A DNA stretch of 64,000 bases from an uncultured Candidatus Rokubacteria bacterium. GTDB lineage: Bacteria; Methylomirabilota; Methylomirabilia; Rokubacteriales; CSP1-6. Shown piece by piece: positions 1 through 8,934 of this stretch. The notes beneath the pieces are model-generated. The model saw only the letters and a program-made list of their open reading frames with translations. It ran no database searches and had not been told where the DNA came from. The stretch is taken from positions 736,001 through 800,000 of the forward strand of contig CAVYTA010000007.1 in NCBI GenBank assembly GCA_963771355.1. The letters run 5' to 3'. A program made the position numbers and the translations under genes. Numbering within the stretch: position 1 is the stretch's first letter; every line of letters begins with the position of its first letter.

Positions 1-6
1 TGCACG

Positions 7-1278
7 GTGGCCGCCGAGGAGGCGAGCGACCTCGCCACCGCGGCGGAGGTCGGCGTGCTCACCGGTGAGGAACTCGGGCCCCTGCACGGCGTGCCCGTCT
101 CCATCAAGGACCTCCTCTTCACCCGGCGCATGCGCACCACCGCGGGCTCGCGGCTGCTCGCGGACCACGTGCCGGAGGAAGACGCGGTCGCGGTGGAGCG
201 CCTGCGCGGCGCCGGCGCCATCATCGTGGGCAAGACCAACACGCCCGAGTTCGGACACAAGGGCGTCACCGACAATCCCTTGTTCGGCCCCACCCGCAAT
301 CCGTGGAATCCCGCGCTCACCGCCGGTGGCTCCAGCGGCGGCGCCGGCGCGGCGGTGGCGGCCGGCCTCGCGCCCCTGGCGGTGGGGACCGACGGCGGCG
401 GGTCCATCCGCATCCCCGCCTCCTTCTGTGGAATCTATGGCCTCAAGCCGTCGTTCGGGCGCGTGCCCTCGGGGCCGGGCCTGCCGGGCTGGGAGACGCT
501 CGCCCATACCGGGCCGATGACCCGCACCGTGCGCGACGCCGCGCTCATGCTGGATGCGCTCGCCGGTCCCGACGACCGCGATCGCCACTCGCTGCCCGCC
601 GGCGACGGGGCGTCCTATCTCGAGGCCTGCGACGCGGGCATCGCCGGCCTGTCGGTGGCATGGTCCGCGGACCTCGGCCACGGCCGGGTGGATCCCGAGG
701 TGGCGGAGATCTGCGGCGAGGCGGCGGTGCGCTTCGAATCGCTCGGCTGCCACGTGGAAGTGGTCATGCCCACGTGGGACGACCCCGAGGAGATCTTCCG
801 CATCCTGGCGAGCGCGGAGGCCTTTGCCGCCTACCGCGACCGCCTCGCGGAGAGCGAGCGGCTCCTCGACCCGTCCTTCATCGAGCTCTTGCGCATGGGC
901 GAGCGCGTCACCGCGGAGGAGTACCTCCGCGCGGTCCTGCGCCGGCGCGAGCTCTGGACCGAGGTGCACCGGTTCCTCGCGCGCTTCGACCTCCTCATCA
1001 CGCCGACCCTGGCGGTGGCGGCCTTTCCCCTCGACGCCCCGCCGATCCGCGAGATCGCAGGCCAGCCCGTCTCGCCGCTGGGCTGGACGCCCTTCACGTT
1101 CCCGTTCAATCTCACCGGGCAGCCGGCGGCGAGCGTGCCCGCGGGCTTCACCGCGGCGGGCTTGCCGGTGGGGCTGCAGATCGTGGGCCGGCGCCACGCC
1201 GATCGGACGGTGCTCGCCGCGTCGGCCGCCTTCGAGGCGGAGGTTCCATGGCGAGAGCGCCGGCCGCCCGGCCTCTGA
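7..1278 (+). CDS. Amidase (GatA-like amidase signature family), 5' part probably outside window
   Basis: [36 protein letters not shown] motifs. Confidence 0.9.
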   Translation: MAAEEASDLATAAEVGVLTGEELGPLHGVPVSIKDLLFTRRMRTTAGSRLLADHVPEEDAVAVERLRGAGAIIVGKTNTPEFGHKGVTDNPLFGPTRNPWNPALTAGGSSGGAGAAVAAGLAPLAVGTDGGGSIRIPASFCGIYGLKPSFGRVPSGPGLPGWETLAHTGPMTRTVRDAALMLDALAGPDDRDRHSLPAGDGASYLEACDAGIAGLSVAWSADLGHGRVDPEVAEICGEAAVRFESLGCHVEVVMPTWDDPEEIFRILASAEAFAAYRDRLAESERLLDPSFIELLRMGERVTAEEYLRAVLRRRELWTEVHRFLARFDLLITPTLAVAAFPLDAPPIREIAGQPVSPLGWTPFTFPFNLTGQPAASVPAGFTAAGLPVGLQIVGRRHADRTVLAASAAFEAEVPWRERRPPGL

Positions 1279-1288
1279 GCCCGTCCGC

Positions 1289-1669
1289 GTGCGCCTGCTC
1301 CTCATCTGCCTCGGTGGGGCCTGCGGCACGGCGGCCCGCTACGGGGTGGACATCGCGGCGGCCCGCTGGCTCGGCGTCGACTTTCCCTATGGGACATTGA
1401 TCGTGAACGTGGTGGGCTCCTTCCTCATCGGGGTGATCCAGGAGGTGGCGCTCTCGACGTCCCTCGTGCCCGAGACGCTACGGCTGGTCCTCGGGGTGGG
1501 GGTGATGGGCGGATTCACCACCTACTCGGCCTTCTCCTACGGAACGATTCGCCTCGCCGAGCGGGGCGCCACCGCCGCCGTCACGAACGTGCTGCTGACG
1601 ACGGGCCTCTGCCTGGGGGGGTGCGTGCTGGGCGTCCTGCTAGCCCGCGCGCTGGTGACGCCGCGGTGA
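1289..1669 (+). CDS. crcB: Fluoride efflux channel CrcB/FluC
   Basis: GTG start; GGACGTAARY, FPYGTLIVNVVGS, GGFTTYSAF motifs. Confidence 0.9.
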   Translation: MRLLLICLGGACGTAARYGVDIAAARWLGVDFPYGTLIVNVVGSFLIGVIQEVALSTSLVPETLRLVLGVGVMGGFTTYSAFSYGTIRLAERGATAAVTNVLLTTGLCLGGCVLGVLLARALVTPR

Positions 1670-1675
1670 CCGGCC

Positions 1676-1885
1676 CTAGCGGCTTTCCTTCTCGGACTGC
1701 ATGATCCGCTGCTGGTGGGCCTTGAGCGCCGCGTCCCAGCGCTTGAGCATGTCCCCGCGCTGCGCGTCGAAGCGCATCCTCTCCGTCGCCACGCCGGCGG
1801 CGAAGGCGACGAGCACGAGGAGGAGGATCGCCACCGCGCCCAGCACGCGCCTCGCGCGCGTCCGCTCGTCCATGGCTCCCATCAT
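1676..1885 (-). CDS. Small single-TM hypothetical protein
   Basis: ORF with one hydrophobic helix followed by a charged tail. Confidence 0.55.
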   Translation of the reverse strand: MMGAMDERTRARRVLGAVAILLLVLVAFAAGVATERMRFDAQRGDMLKRWDAALKAHQQRIMQSEKESR

Positions 1886-1930
1886 ACCCTTGGCCGCCCC
1901 GCCCCCTCAAGGCGGCGCCGGGAGGTCCCC

Positions 1931-2536
1931 ATGCTGAATCGGCTCGCGTCTTCGCTGTTGGTGATTGCCCTCCTCACCGCCGCCGCCGCCGCCCAGCCCG
2001 CGACGGCCCCGAGCTTCGCGGTGGGCGACAGCTGGGTCTATACCGACGGCCGGCAGATCAAGGTGGTGAAGCTCGACGACGGCGGCCCCGTCATGACGGG
2101 CGCGCTCCCCTCCTGTCCCCCCTGCGCCGTCCACTACGACAGGAACCTCGCCATCCGGAAGGTCACCGACACGGGCGGCAAGCCGGTGGAGGCGGCCAAG
2201 CTCGGCTTCCTGATGCTGGGCCCGGACTGGAAGTTCTACGCCTTCCCGCTCGAAGTGAAGAAGGCCTGGAAATTCTCCGCCGAGGGCCTGTTGGCGGGGA
2301 AGCCCGACCGCTACGACGTGGCGGTGCTGGTGAGCGCGCTGGAGGACGTGACGACCAAGGCGGGGACCTTCAAGGCGTACAAGATGGAGCGGACGTGGAG
2401 CGGCACATCGGGGGGGACGCCCTTCGGCTTCAAGGACGTCGTATGGTTCGCCCCCCGCGCGAAGTTCCCGGTGAAGTTCGAGTCCAACCGGCAGGGGGCC
2501 AAGAGCGGTGAGCTGGCCTCCTACGCGGTCAAGTAG
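1931..2536 (+). CDS. Secreted hypothetical protein (beta-rich, VTTKAGTFKAYK motif)
   Basis: GGAGG RBS, signal peptide, GC3-biased codons. Confidence 0.7.
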   Translation: MLNRLASSLLVIALLTAAAAAQPATAPSFAVGDSWVYTDGRQIKVVKLDDGGPVMTGALPSCPPCAVHYDRNLAIRKVTDTGGKPVEAAKLGFLMLGPDWKFYAFPLEVKKAWKFSAEGLLAGKPDRYDVAVLVSALEDVTTKAGTFKAYKMERTWSGTSGGTPFGFKDVVWFAPRAKFPVKFESNRQGAKSGELASYAVK

Positions 2537-2539
2537 CCC

Positions 2540-2932
2540 TCAGGGCCTGGGCGGGCCGCCGGGCCACGTGCGGGGGGGCGCGGGGGGCGCGGATCTGGGC
2601 GGCGTGTGCGGGGACTCCGGTTCTCCGCGCAGCTTGTTCAGCACCTCGCCCATGAACTGGGATAGGGCGGCGGCGATGTCCTCGCGCTCCTTCAGGCAGC
2701 GGGCATTGTCGCTGCGCAGCCGGGCCACGACTTCGCGCAGCTCCTGCGTCTCGGCCTCGGCGGCCTCCATCTGGGCGCGCAGGCGCTGGGTGACCTTATC
2801 GGCGGTGAAGGCGATGTCCTGGAGCCGCCCGAACTCGGTGAGAAAGGCGCCCAGCGCCTGCAGGTTGGCGCCGCTCTCGGCCAGCCATCGGTTGGCCCGA
2901 TCCCGGATCTCCGCGCCGGTCATGGTTCGCAT
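2540..2932 (-). CDS. Coiled-coil hypothetical protein with Pro-rich tail
   Basis: AGGAGGAG RBS before MRTMTG; heptad-like sequence. Confidence 0.6.
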   Translation of the reverse strand: MRTMTGAEIRDRANRWLAESGANLQALGAFLTEFGRLQDIAFTADKVTQRLRAQMEAAEAETQELREVVARLRSDNARCLKEREDIAAALSQFMGEVLNKLRGEPESPHTPPRSAPPAPPRTWPGGPPRP

Positions 2933-3085
2933 CCGCGACTCCTCCTGGCGTCTCCGTCTTCGCCCGGCCAGCCTAGCTTCGACGGAGAGGCGGGTCAATG
3001 GGGCCCGCGAAACCCCTCGTTTGACATTTCTTTTTGCATGTCCCAGTATCCGTGTGCGCCCTCGGCTCGGGAGGGCCATGCACTG

Positions 3086-4144
3086 ATGCCCGTGAAGGAA
3101 TTGGACGCCATCGTGGTCGGGGCCAGCTTCGCGGGGCTCGGCGTGGCCCGCCAGCTCCGGGGCGATGTGCTCCTGCTGGATCGCAACGAGGTCGGCACCG
3201 TGCAGACTTCCGCCTGCGGCACTCCGCTCTGGGTGCCCGAGTCCCTCGGCGTGGCGAACAGCGTGCTGCAGGTTCACGACCGGCTCACCGTCCGCACCCC
3301 GCGGGGCAGCGTCACCTACGATCTCTCCGAGGTGCCCTTCTGCACCTTCGACTACGGGCTCTTCTGCCGGGGCCTGCTCGCGCAGTGCCGCGCGCGCTTC
3401 CTGCGCGCGTCGGTGACGGGAATCGAGGAAGGCGCGGTGGTGACCAGCGAGGGCCGCTTCCACGCGCCCATCGTGATCGACGCTTCCGGCTGGCGCGGCG
3501 CGCTCGTGCACGACCGCTCGGGGCCGCCCGCCGGGCGCGGCTACTCCTTCGGGCTCGAGACGCGCGCGCGGCTCGCCGATGAGGGCCTCTCCTTCTGGCT
3601 CGACAAGCGCCTCATCCGGCGGGGCCTCGGCTGGATCTTCCCCGTGGGCGGCGAGAGCCTGATCGGGCTCGGCTCCTATGCCGGCGCCTCCAAGCTCAAG
3701 CCCGCCCTCGAGCGCTTCCTCGCCGAGATCGGCGCCACCCCCACCACCTACCACGGCACCTACTTCCCGCACCGGCTGCTGCGGCCCACGGTGGGGCGCC
3801 TCTTCGCGGTGGGCGACGCGGGCGGGCAGTGCATGCCGTTCACCGCCGAGGGCATCCGGCCCGCGCTCTACTTCGGCGGTGAGTGCGGCAAGCTGGCCCA
3901 GCAGGTCATCGACGGCGCCCTCGACCTGCCCGGGGCGCTGGCCGCATATCGTCGGCACGTCGAGGGTTATCGCCGCGCCTACCGCGTGCTGTGGCTCGCG
4001 CAGATCTTCGCCGCGCACGCGCCCACCCGCTGGTTCGCGGCGTTCACGCGCCTGGCGGCACGGCCACCGGTGCTGCCCCGCTGGTGGCCGCGCTATGGCT
4101 GGTTTGGACGGATGGATCCCGCTCCGGTCCCCACCGCACCGTGA
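3086..4144 (+). CDS. FAD-dependent oxidoreductase (geranylgeranyl reductase-like)
   Basis: DAIVVGASFAG dinucleotide fold, IDASG, GWIFP, VGDAGG..PFTAEGI motifs. Confidence 0.8.
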   Translation: MPVKELDAIVVGASFAGLGVARQLRGDVLLLDRNEVGTVQTSACGTPLWVPESLGVANSVLQVHDRLTVRTPRGSVTYDLSEVPFCTFDYGLFCRGLLAQCRARFLRASVTGIEEGAVVTSEGRFHAPIVIDASGWRGALVHDRSGPPAGRGYSFGLETRARLADEGLSFWLDKRLIRRGLGWIFPVGGESLIGLGSYAGASKLKPALERFLAEIGATPTTYHGTYFPHRLLRPTVGRLFAVGDAGGQCMPFTAEGIRPALYFGGECGKLAQQVIDGALDLPGALAAYRRHVEGYRRAYRVLWLAQIFAAHAPTRWFAAFTRLAARPPVLPRWWPRYGWFGRMDPAPVPTAP

Positions 4145-4181
4145 GGTCGCTGCGCGCCACTCCGGGGTCCGCCACGAGGCG

Positions 4182-4916
4182 ATGCGCGAGCTGATCGCGC
4201 GGTATCGGTGGGGCATCGTCGTCGGAGCGGGGGCCCTTTCCGTGGGGTTCCTGGCCTGGTTCGTCCTGTCCGACTCCTCGGGCTTCCAGTACCTCGTCCG
4301 TCTCTACCAGGACAAGCGGCTCCTCAAGCAGACGCTCAACGAGTGGGGCTTCCTCGCGCCCGTATTCTTCATCGTGCTCCAGGCGGTGCAGGTCGTGGTG
4401 TCGCCGATCCCCGGCGAGGCCACCGGCTTTCTGGGCGGCTATCTCTTCGGGGCCTGGGGGGGCTTCATCTACTCCACCATCGGGCTGACGCTGGGCTCGG
4501 TGTTCGCCTTCGCCATCGGCCGCTGGCTCGGCGCCCACTTCGTCCGCAACCTGGTGAGCAAGGAAAACTGGGAGCGGATGGGCTTCATCGTGGAGGCGGA
4601 GGGCGCCATCCTCTGCTTCATCATCTATCTCATCCCCGGGCTGCCCAAGGACATCGTCTGCTTTCTCTTCGGCATCAGTCCCATGCCCCTCTGGGTATTC
4701 GCGCTGGTGTCGGGGCTGGGGCGCATGCCCGGCACCTGGATACTCTCCGCGCAGGGCGCCCATACCGCCCACGGCCAGTACATCCACGCGGTGCTCATCG
4801 GCGTCATCGCCCTCGCGGTGGCTCTGCCGCTCTACTACTACCGGCACCGCATCGTGACGTGGGTCCGCCAGCGGACGGGCGGTGACGCCGGGGGCGGCTC
4901 CAGCAGCGGGGCTTGA
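4182..4916 (+). CDS. TVP38/TMEM64 (DedA/SNARE-associated) membrane protein
   Basis: PIPGEATGFLGGYLFG, LIPGLPKD, GRMPG motifs. Confidence 0.85.
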   Translation: MRELIARYRWGIVVGAGALSVGFLAWFVLSDSSGFQYLVRLYQDKRLLKQTLNEWGFLAPVFFIVLQAVQVVVSPIPGEATGFLGGYLFGAWGGFIYSTIGLTLGSVFAFAIGRWLGAHFVRNLVSKENWERMGFIVEAEGAILCFIIYLIPGLPKDIVCFLFGISPMPLWVFALVSGLGRMPGTWILSAQGAHTAHGQYIHAVLIGVIALAVALPLYYYRHRIVTWVRQRTGGDAGGGSSSGA

Positions 4917-4942
4917 CAGGCCTCCCCGCCGCGCCGTATGAT
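4913..4942 (+). promoter_or_regulatory. sigma70-type promoter of the aroF leader
   Basis: TTGACA-18-TATGAT. Confidence 0.7.
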
Positions 4943-4999
4943 CCACCGCACTTTCGTACACGTCTTCCAGTGCATGTGGTCCAGGAGGAATCGCCGGTG

Positions 5000-5083
5000 A
5001 TGCGGACGGGGAATGGTGGAGCGCAGGGCTGGCGCCACTATTTTTACTTTCCCCGGTCCGCCTACTGGCTCCCCCTGAGCTGA
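5000..5083 (+). CDS. Aromatic-amino-acid attenuator leader peptide MRTGNGGAQGWRHYFYFPRSAYWLPLS
   Basis: AGGAGG RBS at 4983; 27 aa with 2 Trp, 3 Tyr, 2 Phe; upstream of DAHP synthase. Confidence 0.8.
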   Translation: MRTGNGGAQGWRHYFYFPRSAYWLPLS

Positions 5084-5138
5084 CATCCGGGAGCCACGGG
5101 CGGACGGAACGCCGACCCGTGGCGATCGAACCGAGCCC

Positions 5139-5178
5139 AACGCCGCGGCCGGCACCGCCCGCGGCGTTTTTGTTTTTT
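5139..5178 (+). terminator. Intrinsic terminator (attenuator) before aroF
   Basis: AACGCCGCGG/CCGCGGCGTT stem followed by a T-tract. Confidence 0.85.
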
Positions 5179-5212
5179 CCAAACGGGCCGGAACAAGCGA
5201 GTGGAGGCGGCG

Positions 5213-6229
5213 ATGATCATCGTGCTCAAGTCGGGGATCTCGGAAGCGGACATCGAGGCGGTGTGCCGGCGTATCGAGGAGATGGGCTATCGCCCGCACC
5301 AGATCCGCGGGGAGTTCAAGACCGTGATCGGGGCGGTGGGGGAGGAGCGCGGACAGCAAGACCTGCGCATCCTCGAGGCGATGGAGACGGTCGAGTCGGT
5401 GATGCCCATCCAGCAGCCCTTCAAGCTGGCGAGCCGCGAGATCCGCATGGAGCCCAGCCTGGTACGGGTGAACGACGTGATCATCGGCGCCAAGCCCGTC
5501 GTGGTGATGGCGGGGCCGTGCTCGGTGGAGTCCGAGGGGCAGGTGCTGGAGGTGGCCGACGCGGTGAAGACCGCGGGCGCGCGCATCCTGCGGGGCGGCG
5601 CCTACAAGCCGCGCACCTCGCCCTATGCGTTCCAGGGGCTCAAGGAGCAGGGCCTCAGGTACCTCGCGGAGGCGCGCAAGCGCACCGGGCTCCCCGTCGT
5701 CACCGAGGTGCTCGAGACGGAGAGCGCCGAGCTCGTCGCCGAGTACTCTGACATCCTGCAGATCGGCGCGCGCAACATCCAGAACTTCACCCTGCTGCGC
5801 CGAGTGGGCGAGCTGGGCAAGCCCGTGCTCCTCAAGCGCGGCATGGCCACCAGCATCCAGGAGTTCCTCCTCTCCGCGGAGTACATCCTGGCCGCGGGCA
5901 ATCCGAACGTGATCCTCTGCGAGCGCGGCATCCGCACCTTCGAGACCTCCACCCGCTTCACGCTCGACCTCAACGCGGTGCCGGTGCTCAAGAAGCTCTC
6001 GCACCTGCCCGTGGTCGTGGACCCGTCGCACGGGACCGGGCACTGGGACCTGGTGGCCCCCATGGCCAAGGCGGCGGTCGCCTGCGGCGCCGACGGCCTG
6101 ATCATCGAGGTGCACCCGCGGCCGGAAGAGGCGCTGTCCGACGGGCCGCAGTCGCTCAAGCCCTCGAAGTTCGCCCAGCTCATGCGGGAGCTCCGGCCCG
6201 TGGCCGAGGCGGTGGGGCGCGCCCTCTAG
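5213..6229 (+). CDS. aroF: 3-deoxy-7-phosphoheptulonate (DAHP) synthase, type I-beta
   Basis: [36 protein letters not shown] motifs; N-terminal regulatory domain. Confidence 0.95.
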   Translation: MIIVLKSGISEADIEAVCRRIEEMGYRPHQIRGEFKTVIGAVGEERGQQDLRILEAMETVESVMPIQQPFKLASREIRMEPSLVRVNDVIIGAKPVVVMAGPCSVESEGQVLEVADAVKTAGARILRGGAYKPRTSPYAFQGLKEQGLRYLAEARKRTGLPVVTEVLETESAELVAEYSDILQIGARNIQNFTLLRRVGELGKPVLLKRGMATSIQEFLLSAEYILAAGNPNVILCERGIRTFETSTRFTLDLNAVPVLKKLSHLPVVVDPSHGTGHWDLVAPMAKAAVACGADGLIIEVHPRPEEALSDGPQSLKPSKFAQLMRELRPVAEAVGRAL

Positions 6230-6270
6230 GTCCGGCGCCCGGGGGAAACGCATGGCATAATCGAAATGCC

Positions 6271-7224
6271 ATGCGTATTTGGCGGGCAAGACGGCGGTCG
6301 TCGCGGGCGTTCCTGATCGCCGGGGCCTGCTCGGCGCTCTTTCACCTGCTGCTGGTCCTTGCCGTGCTTTTCGGCGGGCTCTGGGGCACTCAGCGGGAGG
6401 TGAAGAAGGGCGAGCCGATCTTCGTCGACATGGCCCCCGACAAGCCCGAGGAAAAGGCCCCGCGGGGTAACCCGTCTCGGCCGGTCGGCCCCGAGGCCCC
6501 GCCGCCCCCCGTCCCCAAGGGGGCGCGGTTGGCGGAGGCGCCTCGTCGTGCGCCGCCGGTGCCCGCGAGGCCCGAGCCCCCGGCGCCCGTACCGGCCCCA
6601 CCCCAGCAGGTGGCCAAGGCTCCTGAGCCGCCCCCCCCAGCGCCACGAGAGCTGGAGCCCGCGCCCCCGGCCGCCCCCGCGCCGACGCAGCCCGCCGCTC
6701 CCGAGGCCCCCCGCGAGCCCGCAGAGCCCGCCCGGCCCGCGAGCCCGCCGTCGCCGCCCGCCTCGCCCGGCCCGCTCACCGCGAAGAGCAGCTCGGGCAT
6801 CGACCTGCCCGCGGCCATGCTGCGCCGGCCCGGCGGGGGCGGGGGACTGCAGGGCGGGCGCGGCGGGATCGAAGGTGAGCCCATCCCGCTCGACTCCCCC
6901 GATCCGAAGTATCAGGACTACTTCAAGATCCTGCGCGAGCGCATCCAGGCGAAGTGGACCTACCCGCGTGAGGCGGGAGATCGGGGCCTCGGCGGCTCGC
7001 TTCTCATCGAGTTCCACATCGCCAAGGACGGCCGCCTCGCCTATCTCGAGGTCCGCCGCTCGTCCGGCCTGGAGATCCTCGACGAGTACGCGGTGAACGC
7101 GATCAAGCTCGCCCAGCCCTTTCCGCCCGTCCCGGACAATCTCGCCAAGCAGGTCCTGCCCATCAACGGCAACTTCGTCTACCAGATCATCGACAACTCG
7201 CTCGTCAAGCAGTTCACCCGCTAG
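6271..7224 (+). CDS. TonB-family energy transducer
   Basis: N-terminal TM, Pro-rich linker, C-terminal YPREA..RSSG..LDEYA..AQPFPP domain. Confidence 0.85.
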   Translation: MRIWRARRRSSRAFLIAGACSALFHLLLVLAVLFGGLWGTQREVKKGEPIFVDMAPDKPEEKAPRGNPSRPVGPEAPPPPVPKGARLAEAPRRAPPVPARPEPPAPVPAPPQQVAKAPEPPPPAPRELEPAPPAAPAPTQPAAPEAPREPAEPARPASPPSPPASPGPLTAKSSSGIDLPAAMLRRPGGGGGLQGGRGGIEGEPIPLDSPDPKYQDYFKILRERIQAKWTYPREAGDRGLGGSLLIEFHIAKDGRLAYLEVRRSSGLEILDEYAVNAIKLAQPFPPVPDNLAKQVLPINGNFVYQIIDNSLVKQFTR

Positions 7225-7229
7225 GCCGC

Positions 7230-8687
7230 GTGCTCCGCCGACCCGCGCTCCTGGCGCTGGCGCTTCTCCTCGGCGCCGGCTGCGCCGGCACGCCGCGCTG
7301 TGACCAGGCCCCCACGCGGGTGCAGCTCCTTCTCGTCAATGATGTGTATCTCCTCGATCCCCGCGCCGACGGGACGGGCGGCCTGGCCCGGGTGGCCACG
7401 CTGGTACGCGGCCTCCGGCGCGAGCAGCCGAACACGCTCTTCGTGCTGGCCGGCGATACGCTGTCGCCGTCGCTCCTCTCCACGCTCTTCCGTGGCCGCC
7501 AGATGATCGAAGCCTGGAACCTCCTCGACCTGGACGTGGCGACCTTTGGCAATCACGAATTCGACTGGGGGCCCGCCGTCTTGCACGAGCGGATGCGCGA
7601 CTCGCGCTTTCTCTGGCTCTCCGCGAATGTGCTGGATCGGCACACGCGTCAGCCCTTCGGCGGCGCGCGCCCATGGCTGACGCGGACGTTCGGCTCGGTG
7701 CGGGTGGGAATGGTCGGGCTCACCTTGCCCGAGACCCAGCACACCTCCAATCCCGGCCCCGACGTCTCCTTCGAGGCGCCGAGGCCGGCGGCGCGTGCGG
7801 CCTTCGAGGCGATGGGTCCGGTGGATCTGCGCGTCGCGGTGACACACCTCGAGCTGGCCGGAGACCGCGCGCTCGCCGACGCGGTCCCCCTCCACGTGAT
7901 CCTCGGCGGCCACGACCACGATCCGACAATGGTCGAGCAGGGCGGCACCCTCATCCTCAAGGCGGGCTCGGACGCGACAAACGTGGGGCAGGTGGAGTAC
8001 GAGCTGGCGTGTGGCGCCGTGCTCGCGCGCCGGCACCGGCTCATCCCGGTGACGGCGAGTATCACCGAGGCGCCCGACGTCCGGCGATTCATCGAGCGCT
8101 ACGCGGCCCTGACCGAGCAAGAGCTGGACCGCCCCGCCTTCGTCGCCGCGGTGCCGCTCGAAGCGCGCGACGGCGTGGTGCGGCGGATGGAGGTGCCGCT
8201 GGGCCGCTTCATCGCCGAGCTGATGCGGGAGCGCCTGGGGGCCGAGGCGGCGCTGCTCAATAGCGGGAGCCTGCGGGCGAACCGGATCTTCCCCGCCGGC
8301 CCCATCACGCGCCGGGACATCCGGACCCTTCTCCCCTTCGGGAACACGGTGGTGCTGCTCGAGGTGCCGGGGACCGCCCTCCGGGCCGCGCTCGAGCACT
8401 CGGTGAGCGCGCTGCCGCCGGCGGCCGGCCGCTTCCTGCAAACGGCCGGACTCCGGTACGCGGTCGACCCGGAGCGGCCGCCGGGGGCGCGGGTCGGGGC
8501 GGTGGAGGTTCAGGGGCAGCCGCTGGATCCGGGGCGGGCCTATCGGGTCGCGGTGCCCGACTTCCTGGCTCGGGGCGGAGACGGGTATGCGATGCTGGCG
8601 GCGGGCCGGGTCGTGGTGAGCGCAGAAGAAGGCCCCGGGCTCATCGAAACGGTCCTGGAGGCGGTGGAGCGGGGCCGCCTCCCTTGA
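7230..8687 (+). CDS. 5'-nucleotidase / bifunctional metallophosphatase lipoprotein
   Basis: NDVY, AGDTL, GNHEFD, GGHDH, NSGSLR, LPFGN, GGDGY motifs. Confidence 0.9.
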   Translation: MLRRPALLALALLLGAGCAGTPRCDQAPTRVQLLLVNDVYLLDPRADGTGGLARVATLVRGLRREQPNTLFVLAGDTLSPSLLSTLFRGRQMIEAWNLLDLDVATFGNHEFDWGPAVLHERMRDSRFLWLSANVLDRHTRQPFGGARPWLTRTFGSVRVGMVGLTLPETQHTSNPGPDVSFEAPRPAARAAFEAMGPVDLRVAVTHLELAGDRALADAVPLHVILGGHDHDPTMVEQGGTLILKAGSDATNVGQVEYELACGAVLARRHRLIPVTASITEAPDVRRFIERYAALTEQELDRPAFVAAVPLEARDGVVRRMEVPLGRFIAELMRERLGAEAALLNSGSLRANRIFPAGPITRRDIRTLLPFGNTVVLLEVPGTALRAALEHSVSALPPAAGRFLQTAGLRYAVDPERPPGARVGAVEVQGQPLDPGRAYRVAVPDFLARGGDGYAMLAAGRVVVSAEEGPGLIETVLEAVERGRLP

Positions 8688-8737
8688 CAGCCTTGTCGCG
8701 TATCCTGTAGCATGGCAATGCTTTTTGGGGGAGAGGC

Positions 8738-8812
8738 AGGCTCGTAGCTCAGTGGGAGAGCGCTACCTTGACACGGTAGAGGTCGGCGGTTCGATACCGC
8801 CCGAGCCTACCA
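8738..8812 (+). tRNA. tRNA-Val(GAC)
   Basis: Cloverleaf with AGGCTCG/CGAGCCT acceptor stem, anticodon loop TTGACAC, GGTTCGA T-loop, CCA end; TTGACA at 8684 upstream. Confidence 0.95.
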
Positions 8813-8934
8813 CTCGATCTTGTTGAGCCAGGGGTGCCCATCGCGAGGCAGCGCCATAGACGCGAGCAGAGCGGGAGGGAGCATCACCGGGCGGCGTCCC
8901 TGTGATGCTTTTTTGTTCTCAACTTGAGGAATCG

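Noticed and set aside
4980..5180. T-box riboswitch upstream of aroF
   Set aside because: No T-box consensus or stem I motifs seen; a translated aromatic-rich leader explains the structure better
6480..6780. Pro-rich low-complexity stretch as a novel repeat
   Set aside because: Ordinary TonB periplasm-spanning linker
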